DNA of 64,000 nt from Oikopleura dioica (GCA_907165135.1 OU015569.1:5208001-5272000); one strand, 5' to 3'. Positions 35,387 through 47,100 are shown, counted from the stretch's first letter. Notes: generated by a model from the letters alone, not told the origin. Numbers and translations: made by a program.

Positions 35387-37861
35387 TCAACTGTAAGATG
35401 TACATTTTTCTTCCAATTGCGCCGGGGTCAGAGGAGTACTTGTTTGACTTTCTCTGGTCAGGCCGCGAATATATTGTATTCTCACGACACCACTACCACT
35501 AGCGAAGCCGAGCCAACATGATCTGGCACCCGAAGTATTCCAGCGAACAGAACTGTAATTCGTGAGAGTGCTGAAATCTAAAAACTTGTTGGACTTAAGT
35601 TAAATCAAATATACTTTTACCGATCGGAACGGCTCCTGTCTTGAGATTAGCACGCTTTGTTGGCAAAGAAGTTTGTTCACTAATCTTCGATAGATCTTTG
35701 TGGTCTTCAAACAGCACGTCGAACTCTTTTTCGTCCTTTTTGTCAGCGAGCGGGGAGACTGAGGCAATGGAGATGACAACGGTTTGAAATCCTTTTCGGG
35801 TCATGTTCATCTGCTTACGAGGATTGGGCAACGAAGTTAGGGAGATGCGGCCATCAATATCACCAATGGCAAGGGTCCCGTGGAGATGAGCATAATCCAT
35901 CGAAGAAATAGGCTGGGCGTAACCTATTCTTTGCTTGAGTCTAGTATCCATGAAGTTCGGATCGTAAATAACGACTCCAAAGTGATCTTGAAACACATTG
36001 TCTGTTGCCAGTGCGAGCATATCCTGCACCCAACATGAGTCGAGGATCATATGTGAAGGTGAGTCTCCAGTGCTGTAGAGCTCGCCGCGAGTGCGACTCC
36101 AGATCGTTGTTATTCGCTCGAAGGAAGAAGTGGTAAATATATCGTGCTAAATGAAAGAATTCATCATTGAGGAGAAGGTAAGAATATTACGTCGAAAGAA
36201 TGAAAGCAAATACTACTGATTGGAAGTCCATGCGTATCGAAAACTTGAAGCGGTTTAATTGTTTGTTGAGCAGCTAGAACTTTGTACACAGCGGCGATTC
36301 CTGATGCGTAGCCAGCTACGATCAGGTCATTAAAAGAATCTATAGAAAGGGGGTTGGATCGCGAACGCCCGCTACAAAAAATGAGTTAGATGTTCCCCTA
36401 AATCGTGCACTTACTTGAGGACGAGCTCTTTATGGGAAAAGTCAACAGCGAATCGTTGTTTATTAGTGGGATCGATACCGGTCGGAACCAGTCGAATTAT
36501 CCCATCATCGCAAGCCATCGCGAGGTAACCGTCGTTGCTATCGTCCACAACTTGGATGAGGGCATTGATTGCGAACGGACATTGTTTGGTAAGGAGGTGT
36601 AAAGGTGAATGCACTAGATGGAAATAAGTAATATGAAACGGAAATAGATTCCAATTACCTTTTTTTGAAATGAGTGAAGAAGGGAAATACCAGAATTGAA
36701 GAAATGAGGAAAAGTGAAGATCGGAAGAATTTATTTTGAAAGGCGGAGTAGAAATGGCGAAGGCATCAATTTGCCCAGCACGGAGCCAGGTGAAGCATCG
36801 AATACTGTGGAATCCACTGTTACATTCGAATTTGTAGCCATGCTCTGCATGGTCGGACGTCTCCCACGACGTGCGTGGCTCGACGTTTTTGGTCATTAAC
36901 TTTTTACCCACTTTAACGCGGACGGTATTGCTAAACTTCCAGCCTAAGCATTCTTACGAAACACAGAGATATAACGATAATACCTTTCCGAAGAACTGTG
37001 TCGTCGGATGCCCACATTGGAGAGGACAAATGAGTTTCGTTTGGTTCCGAATTATTCTTATATTTGTAGGACGTCCGAAGAAGCTGCTCCGACATGAGCC
37101 AAGACATGGTTTGCGCTGGTTTCCTCGGAGTCGATTCAGTCTGCAGCTTCAAATGATCCAAACGAATGTGACCTTAGTTCTCCTATTATCGTAATCCCGA
37201 AGAAAACCTCGCCAACTTACTATCTATCTTGAACGTTTCCCCAGACTGGTAGTCACAAAATCGACACTTGTGAAGCGATGCAACTTCTGGACATTTTCCA
37301 TTGATGTGATACTATAAAGCTGTTTTAATACAAGCAATTTACTATCGGAGAAACCTTGATGCCTGGCCGCGTTGTGAATTTTTTGCCACATTCCGCGCAG
37401 ACGAACAGCTTGCCACTTATCTTGATGTCAGCAATTTTATGCTCCGTTTTGTACAGCTAAGGAGTATTACTATCATTATTCACTGAACCTTGTTCGGTTA
37501 CCTTTTTGATTCCATAAAGACTTTCTAAAATGCGAAGTTTATCGAAATCGCCAAGAATGCTCGCATCTTCGAGAATCTTCGCTTCTAGCATTTCGCAGTT
37601 CTTCCCGTAATCTTTTCTAACTTGATTATGTAGCACGTCGTTTAAATTGTCTGTCTGATCGTCCTTCTCGACAGGAGCCTTTCTTTTCTTTCGGGGAATG
37701 TACTCAACGGGAGCTTCGTCTTCTTCAAGGACGTATTTTTCCTCTTCTTCTATCGATTCATCAAGTTCGGTGAGGTCGATTTGGTACTCATCGTCCGATT
37801 CCGATTGACCCCTTTTCCTTGGTTTCGGCGCCAATTTCCTCAAAGCCCTAGGCTCAAACAT
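35387..37861 (-). CDS. GTF3C2: General transcription factor IIIC subunit 2 (TFIIIC110-like WD40) with an N-terminal zinc finger
   Basis: Acidic/basic N-terminus; LAMACDDG; IVAGYASG...PLQVF..H; C-terminal VRWN.....W...SGSGVVRI..IRGL resembles the GTF3C2 C-terminus. Confidence 0.7.
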
Positions 37862-38139
37862 TCTAACAGCCTGAAAAAAAACGAGTTAAGCAATTTGGCT
37901 AGAATCAAACAATCGTACGAAACGATTGAAACATTATTCAATGAACTCAGTGATGAAATATGAATCTAGAATGATTTATGAATAGAATACGATCCAACAA
38001 ACACATGTTATACTATCATCTGACAGGTGATTTTAAGCTTCTATAGAAATATTTTCTAGCGGCGATAGTATTTAAGTGGAACTGTAGGAGTAAATTATTT
38101 TGCTGAAGGGGCAGTAATTGGCTAGAAATCCCTTGATTC

Positions 38140-39852
38140 TCAGATGCTCTGAATAAGCAGGCCGCACTGTTTTTCGTGATTATGCAAAGCCGTTTTAGTG
38201 CGGAAGCATTTCTCACAGTCTGCACACTTCCACCTAATAACAACTAGCCAAGGATGAAATCAAGGAAAACTCACCTCACTGCGGAATGAATGTTGTCGAT
38301 GTGCCTCTTCAACCCACAGGAATCGACGAACTCGGCTGAACATTCCGTGCACTTGTACGGCTTCTCGCCGTTGTGTCGTCTTAGATGCACTTGAAGACTG
38401 GATTTCGTTACGAAAGACTGCTCGCAAAAATGGCATTTATGCTCCCGAATGTTCAGGTGACGTTTCTGGTGCGTGCGTAGATCTGTGGCTCGCGGAAATG
38501 TGCGATTGCACTCGCCGCATTGATGCACTGTGATCAGTAATTGACACTCGTCGGGGTGCATTCGTTTCAAGTGAGCGTTGTAGTTAGCTGAACGACGAGG
38601 ATAAATATGCGTTTAGGAAATTCTACAACAACCTTTAGTCGAAAAATCTTTTGTACAGTATTCGCAACTATGACGGGACTTTTGAGTAGTTCTGTGTGAC
38701 CGTCTGTGCTGAGCGAGGGTTTTCCTATTGGCGAGCCTCTTCCCGCAGATGGTACATTCAAATTTCTTTTCAACACTGTTATGATCCATCTGAATATGTC
38801 GATCAAGCTCGTCTTGCGATATGAAATGGCGGCTGCACAACTCGCAGGTGCGCTCTGTCATGTCCGACACGATCGTGATGGGTTGGTTGTTGATGATCGC
38901 TTCAGTTACAGAAGAGGATAAGGTGGGTTCGATGAACTCGAGATTGTTTTGAGAACAGTTTTTGATGCTTTCTTCATGCTAAGAAAGGGGCTCCCTTTAT
39001 TTAATGGCGCGATTGGGTCTTACGTTTTCTGGGTCGTTAAGCTGAATAGTCTGCATGGGAACTAAGAAGGAGTCGAGCGGGTTGGGCTGCATTGGCTGCG
39101 TGTGGGGCGGGTGGTTAGTGCGAATAATTTCTAGCAAGTGCGTGATGTCTGAGTTGGATGGGCATTCATTTGTCATAAAGGGCCCTTGAGCGGGAGCTTG
39201 GGCGACGCAGCCGTCGTTGCCGCCGTTGATTGCTTCGGTATTGTTGTTGCTTGTAGAGGCAGGAGGGGTAGATTCGTTGTTGTTCTGGGCAAGAATATTT
39301 TCAGTGAGGTCATTTACGGTCAAGCTGGGCGACAAAGTCTGCAGCTCGTAAAGAAAACTTTCGCATTTCGATCGAAGCTGGTGCACGGAAAAATACGTCG
39401 ACACGGTCAGAATGTTTTGCACATTCTCTGAGCTATAAAAGACTGTTTCGAATCTTCGCCAAACACTGGTCAAATTCACCTGATATGGGCATGCCCGGTG
39501 TAGATAAAATCGAGAACGGCTGTAACACCGTCAAAGGGAAAGTCCTCCAGCTTTATGCTCACGGGCGTGTCTTGTAGACTGAGCACTTCGTGAAGCTGCT
39601 CACAATCGATTGCCGACAGAACAGCGCGGTGGCATGGCAGGAGTTTATTCTCGACTAACGAAAATAAATAAATAAAGCTCTTTAAAGTAGCTCTTGCCTT
39701 CAAAGACGACGTCGCAACATTTGCTCTGGGGGTCGGATCGCTGTCTCTAGTATCATTTTTAATACGTTGCTTGATGTAAGAAAACAGCTTACGTGCAATT
39801 GGCGAACAAGATTTTTCGCCCACCCAGTCTCCACGATGATGTCCGACGTCAT
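38140..39852 (-). CDS. BTB/POZ plus C2H2 zinc-finger transcription factor (ZBTB-type)
   Basis: BTB (CDVV...PCHRAVLSA...VLDFIYTG...NVQNIL...L...C); several C2H2 fingers with an HNGEKPYKC linker. Confidence 0.9.
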
Positions 39853-40002
39853 GTCTTTCTGAATCGAACGCATTAATATTGACGCTTTTTGGAAATTTCA
39901 AAAATATTGAAACAGAAAAATTATTGAACAAAAAACGAATGAGTATACATGTGGCAGAAAAGGGGGTGAGTTCAATTTGAAGACTGAGGAGCGAGTTATC
40001 TG

Positions 40003-43000
40003 CTAGTCAAGCTCGGCCCGGTAGTCCTGTAGAAGCTCAGGTGGGGTTTCAATTTAATTGCCTCAACTTACTTTTGGTCCAGCTCTTACAGTATACATAT
40101 TCACCCCACACAACCATATATTTTTAGAATCGTCTCGTCGAGCTCTAGTGCTTTATCATAGCCGATTCCTGAAAAACCTCTAAATATCGGATTTTTATCG
40201 GTTTTGTCCATTTCTGACAAGTAAAGATTGGAAAATTATATATTTTTAGAAACCTCTTGACCTCTTCTTTCTAGTGACAAGTTCAATTCGTCGGATTTCC
40301 GGTTAAATCGGTCATTTATCGGTTTTAACCGTTCATGAAAGAAATCATTATAAAATTATATATTTTCTGAAAGCTCTCGGTAAGATGAATCAGTTGAGCT
40401 TATTGAAAATCTTCTCTATCTTTTTTATCGGTTTTTATCGCACAATGGTCGTTTTTTCGACCGAGAGATCGCCAGACTCTTTTCTCGGTGAAATGAATCA
40501 TCTTTGACCAACTGCAGAATCAGGAATCAAATTTCCTTGTAAGTCGAAGAGAGAGAGAGAGAAAATAAAAAGAGAAAAAGCACTAGAATATTGATTTCTT
40601 TTCTTTATCTTTTCTTGAACTCTACCTTGAGAGAAGCCACGGAAAAAGAAGAAAGCGTGGAAGAAAATCTCGCTGGAGAAATCAAAAGATAGAAAGAACA
40701 GGAAATGAAAAAACTAGAATTGGAAAATGAAATGCTCAAAATGGAAGTTGCCAGACACATTTCTCTCGCTAGAAATTAATTTTTGGATGTGTTCTTACGG
40801 GCCAGCGGTGGTTTTTGTCGGTTTTTTTGTAAAAAAAATCGGTTGTGAAATAATTTTGAAAGAGAAATCATTCAAATAATTATTCTAGACCCCAAAAGAA
40901 CCAATTCTCGTCTTACCAAGGATGGAGAAGAACCTCTCAAAGATCTTGGATTCCATCTTTACAGTTAATTTACGTAAACTGGACAGCAAAGAAGCGGTTT
41001 TTGTTCGTCAAATGAGAGGTAAAATCAGAAAATTGCTACAAATGATAACCAAAATAAAGCAATTGCTACTGGACATTCTGAACTTCTCCCATGGATAGTT
41101 CGAGACATCGAATTCGACAAGATATCAAAAGAAGACATGAAATATTCCGAGATGGGCCAGTATTGGATGAAACATCCGAAGTACAAAGAGCTCGACAGGT
41201 GCCTAGGAGACACGAGACCTGATACTTACAGTTCAACATCGAAAAATGACGACTTGAAATCAAGTTTATGCGGCTTTCTGGAGGAGAATTCCGATCTCGA
41301 AACTCGAGTAAGAAGTGAAATCGAAGTTCTTGGACAACTAAAACGAAAGCGATACCTACGAAAACCATTTTGGATACTTCTTAGACAATACAAAGATGAG
41401 AAAATGCCCGAATGCAGCCTATCGACGCTGCGGAGAATCTATCAGGAGCATTTCTCCTGCTGGCTTTCTCTCCCCGATGATGAATCCATTCTCAGATGCG
41501 TCTGCCCCAGTCACCTACAAGTGGAACTCTTCTGCAAGGCCATCAATCGAGTTTCTTTGCGACCTGCCATATCTGAAGAGCAATTATTGGACACAACAGT
41601 ATGCGAAAACTCTGGTCATGCCTATAAATGCCTCGAAAACCACTGCACCGACTGCGACGACAGTGAAGATGGATATGCCCTTGCCCGAGCTCGCCTAGAG
41701 TTGCTCATTGAGGAAGTACCAGATGATGCGGACATAACGTATGCCTATCTATGTGAGATTGAAAGAGTCGACAGCAACAACAACAAGTACAAACGCGAGC
41801 AGATTCTCATGCAAAGTGCACCGAAGTCAGAGTTCCTGGATCTGTTGACTGACTATCTTCTGAGGGGATGCATGTCTTCTGGTGCGCAAAAGAAACTCTT
41901 GAACCACTATAAACTGAATAGTGAGTGTTACAACTTTAGCAAGAGTCTTCTCGACACCTGCACCTACGACAGTGACGCCCTTGTGATCATCACTGACTAC
42001 GGTATGAGTTGATATCATCAGATAAAGTCCTGACTAACCATCAGAATCATCAGTAGTCAGAACTATTCTAGAGAATTTTGAGAGTATCGAATAACTATAG
42101 GAAGATTCAGAGGGATAGTGAGAACTTTATAAGACATTCTAGAGCCTCCAGATCCTATGGAATAGTTCTGGCTAGCCATCAGAACCTTCCTATAAGACAT
42201 TCTAGAGCCTCCAGATTCTATGGAATAGTTCTGACTAGCCATCAGAATCTTCCCGTAAGACATTCTAGAGCCTCCAGATCCTATGGAATAGTTCTGACTA
42301 GCCATCAGAATCTTCCTATAAGACATTCTAGAGCCTCCAGATCCTATGGAATTGTTCTGGCTAGCCATCAGAATCTTCCTATAAGACATTCTAGAGCCTC
42401 CAGATCCTATGGAATAGTTCTGACTAGCCATCAGAACCTTCCTATAAGACATTCTAGAGCCTCTAGATCATATAGAATAGTTCTGACTAGCCATCAGAAT
42501 CTTCCTATAACCATCCTATACTGACGTCATATTATAGCCATGGGTGTCAGTGCCAGAGAAATCCAGGAGACGCAAACCATGCACTTCCGGAAGGATGTGT
42601 TCCCGCTCCTCTCCGATATCAGCTATGGAAAGTGTCCAGATGGAAAGCCTCGGAAGATCTACACACACCTCCTTGCAGAAGTCAGAACTCCGAAGGATCC
42701 ACTGTTCTCTCTTGCCGGAATCAAGATGTCATTGGAGCGAGCGTACCAGTTGTATGGCCCGAAAAAGAACCTTTATGTGCAGAGTGATGGAGCAGAATCG
42801 CAATTCTGGAGTGCGGAGATGTTCTATACCCTTCCCCGGTTCTTTAACAGCCTCGATGATCGATTCGACTTTGAGACAATCGTCTGGTTCAAGACTGTGT
42901 CCGGACATGGGAAAGGTATGAAAGTGATGTGGGCCATTGTTAATTTTTTCAGGTGAAATAGATTCGAGTCATGGATGTGTGAAAAGAGATCTCACCAACC

Positions 43001-44540
43001 TATACAACAATCTTGGCCGCAATGACTTGAATGGAGATGGTCTCGACGTCATTGGTTTGGTTGACAGCGCCGATGGACTCGTCAACTACTTAAACAACGA
43101 CATGAAATGCCATTTCGGAGAGCTCGAGAGTGAAAAAATGGACAGCCGAGGGTTTTATCTCAGTGGAAGATACATTTCGGAGTTTAAGCGCGATCCCGGA
43201 CTGCGAACAAGCGGTAAAACTGTCACAGGCAGTCGATCGGGACGGTTACATAATGAGGATTTATCGAAATTTAAAAAAAAAAGAATTTTATAAACCAGAA
43301 AAAGTATCATATGCTTCGTCTTTGCAAGGACGAGAATGGAAAATGGGAAGAAACAAGAATTCAATTCAAAAAACGCCCGACAGATACCTTTTGTGAACGT
43401 GTTCTCGACCGAAAAGAAGAAAAAAACAATACCTGCCCAGAAGAAAACTGCCACATGCCTTCATCCCTCCACTGGATTAATATTTACCTTAAATTATGAT
43501 TCTTAAAGTTTCAATACTATGTTCTTCAATAATAACTGCCATTAAAATAACGGAAACATTGATTTTAGTTTATCGTCTAAATATTTAGATGGTGTAAAAT
43601 GGTCTTTGGAAAGGGGAATTGCGCGCGCAAGCGCAGCTCTTCAGAAAAGCGGTTAAGCTTTAGAGCGCAGAAGGTAATCTAGTCTTCGAAGTATTTATTT
43701 TTAATAAAAAAACGATTTTTTATTAAAAACCGACAAAAACCGATAATTTTCGGACTTGAGGGGCTGATTCTCTGACCAACTAATCGGTCTTGATGAGAGC
43801 ATTCGAAAAATATATCATATCCCTTATCTTACTTTTAAACTGGCCCAAAACCGATAATTGACCGGCTGAACCGGAAATCCGACAAACTGAGACTGTGAGT
43901 GGAAAGAAGAGGTCATGAGGATTCTAAAAATATATGATTGTTTAAATTTTGTGTGTCCGAAATGGGCGAAACCGATAAAAATCCGATAAAAGCCGGCTTT
44001 TCGGGAATCGGCTATGATAATGCACTAAAGCTCGATGAGACGATTCTAAAAATATATGGTTGTATAGGGTGAATATGTATACTGTAAGAGCTAGACCAAA
44101 AGTAAGTTGAGGCAATTAAATTGAAACCCCACCTCAGCTATCCTGTTTCGGATACGTCTTCGGGTGTCTTTTAATTCGTCCTCGTCCTCATTCTTCTCGC
44201 TTCGAGAAACTTGGTACGCGGCGCTAAAAATCGACTGTAGCTCTTCATCGATAAAAAGATGTGATTACCTGATGAGTAAAAGTTCTTCTTCTTGTTTTTG
44301 AAGGTCGAAAACGATAGAAGCGAGCTCGTCTTTTCCAGCAGCCGTGAGTTCCTTGCGAAGCGTTGCTGTTTCCTCGGCGAGTGATTTCATGCTCTTTGAT
44401 ATTTTGTCGAGCTCGACGCGGTACTTTTCGATTTGGCTGTGGAACTGCTCGAAGGCGCGCTCCATGCGGCCGTGTTCCATCGCGCGGTGCTCCTGAATCG
44501 AGAAGATCCTCGTCTCCAGACTCGTTTCCCCTTCTGCCAT
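40003..44540 (-). CDS. REX1BD: REX1-B domain protein (C19orf60-like); exons 44540-44269, 44223-44133, 40035-40003; last intron is the transposon
   Basis: RIFSIQEHR...F...Y...I..S.....L.....LA.....LQ.QE.E.L; the spliced C-terminus RIAE|LLQDYRAELD* matches the REX1-B ending (I.E.LQD.RY). Confidence 0.8.
40890..43499 (+). CDS. Spliced Sola2-like DDD transposase; 5' part frameshifted or uncertain
   Basis: CxCxxH (RCVCPSH) and CxxC zinc motifs; IITDY|AMG...QETQTMHF; VQSDGAESQF; SGHGK|GEIDSSHGCVKR; GSR..YH. GT-AG introns at ~42002-42537 and ~42916-42952. Confidence 0.82.
42078..42510. repeat. 63-bp minisatellite, ~6-7 copies, inside a transposase intron
   Basis: Unit ATAAGACATTCTAGAGCCTCCAGATCCTATGGAATAGTTCTGACTAGCCATCAGAATCTTCCT repeated head to tail. 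Confidence 0.95.
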
Positions 44541-44592
44541 TCTAAACACGAATGCATTTCAGAATCATTGTCAGCGATCATTTTCGATTTAT

Positions 44593-45977
44593 TCATTTCA
44601 GACTTTGATTCTTTTCGCTTTGAATCTTCGCCTCTAGAATCGCTTCTCTATCCGCCTTGCCAGCCTTTATAAAGTTCTGCGTCGCCGAGTTCTCCGGCGA
44701 GGCGAGATCCGGGGTCTGGACAAGAAGGGCGCCCCAAAAGCCAAAAATCAGCGTAGCCAGAGCCGTGTAGATGAACCATTTTACTTTCAACGGGTCGCGG
44801 TTGTATTCTGCTTCGACATCAACTTTGGAGCGGACGTCGATCGCCTCAATCACTTTCGTGTACTCTGGAATCGCGCGGTTCGGAGCGTAGTGCTTCGGCG
44901 GCTCCTTTTTCACCCAGCCTTCTCTGCGAGTTCGATCCTTTCCAGGCAAGGCGTATTTCATTGCTTCGCGGTAGGCGTTCTGGATTTCGTTAAATTTGGC
45001 ATCTGAAAACAATCTTCGTATTTCAAATCCCCTTCGGGTGCGCGTCAGTTAAGGCGTTTTTGCCATTTGCGTCCTTTAAGGCATTGCGTCAGTTAAGGCA
45101 CTTGCGTCAGTTAAGGCGCTGAAAAATTACTAGTGGAATTGTGATATCAACTAGGGTCTGCTTAATTACCTCGATTGTAACTATCCTTGAAATTCTCCTC
45201 ATTTCAATCTCAAATTTAACAGCGTATTCAAAATATTTAAATTTCAGATAATTTCAAATACATTGAAAACGATCTGAGAAAATTAACTAAAATTTTAGTG
45301 CCGAACCTTTATTTTTACAAATAATAAATTTATTCTATCACGAAAAACTTCAAATTCAATCATAAACCAGCGGTTCAGCTTATAACTGAATATAAAAGGA
45401 TTATCTTGAGAAAATATTAACTCTGGCACTTACCCTAGGAATTGGTAAAGTAATATTTTATCAAGAAATCAGGCAGACCCTACTTTATATCAGAATTCCA
45501 CTAGTCATTTTTCAGCGCCTTAACTGACGCAAGTGCCTTAACTGACGCAATGCCTTAAAGGACGCAAATAGCAAAATCGCCTTAACTGACGCGCACCCAG
45601 CCCCTTCCTTTCAGAAAAATAACCAATAATATTAATAAATTATAATGAAATCATCAATTTTTATATAAAAGGACGATTTACGATAATTTCAGCATTTTCT
45701 TACCTGAGTGTTGAGAGGGGTTATTGTCCGGGTGATAGATTCTGGCCAGATGAACAAAAGCGTTTCTCACTTCTGACTTTGTGGCATCCCTGGAAACACC
45801 AAGAACTGTCCATGGATCCGCCGAAATCTTCGCCGAATCTCCACCTGCGAAATCCCCACTCCGCCGGATCAGACGGTAGTTTAGCGAGCGGTTGAAGAAT
45901 ACTACAAATAACTTCGTTTAATCGGCGAAATCCCTTTTCCGATGTGAAAAAATAATTTATCGAGTCAAAATATGCAT
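44593..45977 (-). CDS. DnaJ (J-domain) protein with a C-terminal TM helix, probably mitochondrial (DNAJC4/C30-like)
   Basis: DPWTVLGVSRDATKSEVRNAF..LARIYHPD...|AKFNEIQNAY; TM WFIYTALATLIFGFWGALLV. Start inferred through a GA-AG intron. Confidence 0.8.
45036..45598. mobile_element. MULE-type MITE with ~115-bp TIRs and a 9-bp TSD, inside the DnaJ intron
   Basis: GGGTGCGCGTCAGTTAAGGC...GCCTTAACTGACGCGCACCC; flanks ATCCCCTTC and AGCCCCTTC (1 mismatch); three GCGTCAGTTAAGGC sub-repeats per arm. Confidence 0.88.
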
Positions 45978-45999
45978 CTTCAAGCAATTCAGGAGCTTA

Positions 46000-47100
46000 T
46001 GAATTATCAAAATTATACTGTATCGTTAACTAATTAAATACCCTTCTAGCTAGGACACCTTGCTTCGACAGCATCGTCTGGAACTTTTGCTCTGGCTCTT
46101 TCAACGTAAGTTTTTAGCAGTATTGGCCAATGATGGCGCAGCGAAGAGTCACTGGGCGCATGAGTCATTTCTTCTTATTTTTGCCATTTCTACTACGCCG
46201 CCGCCACTTTCTCTCATAAACATAAATGAGCGGAGATTGAGCTTCTTCCAGTTAATACAGTCTCTGTCTGTCTTTCGATAAACAAACCGGATAGACTGAT
46301 TATTATTAATTTAAGTAATTTCAAAAACTGAATAAGATGATCCAATAAAAAATTATCGTTTTATCGATGAATAAAAGACAATCATAATTTTTAAAAATCC
46401 AAGAAAACTATCCAGTAAGAAAGGAGAAATTATTCTTCCAGTAGCGGGCCGGCGAGAAGGATTTCTTTGAGTTGGTTCGCCCATAAAGCTGCGCCTCTGA
46501 TTGGCTCCTTTCCCGCGCTCGATTTCCTTACCGAGGGTTAGAAATTCTCCCTCCAGTAGATTCTGAATTGCTCCCTTCCTCTTTCCGAACCGAAACTCAA
46601 ACCCGAACCGTTTAACGGTGATTCAAAGAGAGCAAAAGAAGAAAGTCAAGTTTGTTCCGGCAGAATTCCGCTCGACGAGAATTTCTAATTGCTTTCGTTT
46701 GAAAACTAAAAGCTAAGAGTATCGAAAGAAAAGAAGACTGAAGTGAACGATTCAGGAATTCGCGAAAGTTCGTTTTTTCGCGACTTTTTGGAGGCCGCGC
46801 GCTAGTGTTCGGTGACAAACACCCGCCCGCGCAAAACGCGAAAAAAAAAACGAAAAAATGTAATTTTTTCTTGTGTCATCTCTCAACTGAATTCATCTTC
46901 ATTTCCTCGGCTCTAGAATCTTTTCTTTTTGGCATTTTATTTATGCCTGGAGCCAGGGATGGCGCGCCTCGAAAAACGCCCGAGAAAGAAAAATTGAGAG
47001 AAAGTCGAAAATCTGAAAACGGGAAAAGTTATTCTAGAATATGTCATCAGTTGATGTTTTCTTGATTGGTATGTTTCAATTAACAGTTTGGTTTTCTTTT
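46000..47100. promoter_or_regulatory. Putative bidirectional promoter region between the divergent gene clusters
   Basis: Strand switch between DnaJ (-) and the SR gene (+); CCAAT (ctgattggct near 46497) and CG-rich patches. Positional inference only. Confidence 0.45.

Larger units (their letters stand above)
40041..44132. mobile_element. 4.1-kb DNA transposon with ~400-bp TIRs (GTGGGG...CCCCAC), CTCAG direct repeats and a Sola2-like transposase
   Basis: 40041 GTGGGGTTTCAATTTAATTGCCTCAACTTACTTTTGGTC is the exact reverse complement of the sequence ending at 44132; weaker complementarity extends ~400 bp; CTCAG at 40036-40040 and 44133-44137. Confidence 0.95.

Noticed and set aside
42063-42524. 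21-aa repeat ORFs on both strands; superficially CRISPR-like array
   Set aside because: A 63-bp head-to-tail minisatellite with no unique spacers, inside a GT-AG intron of a eukaryotic transposase; the ORFs result from the unit length being a multiple of 3.
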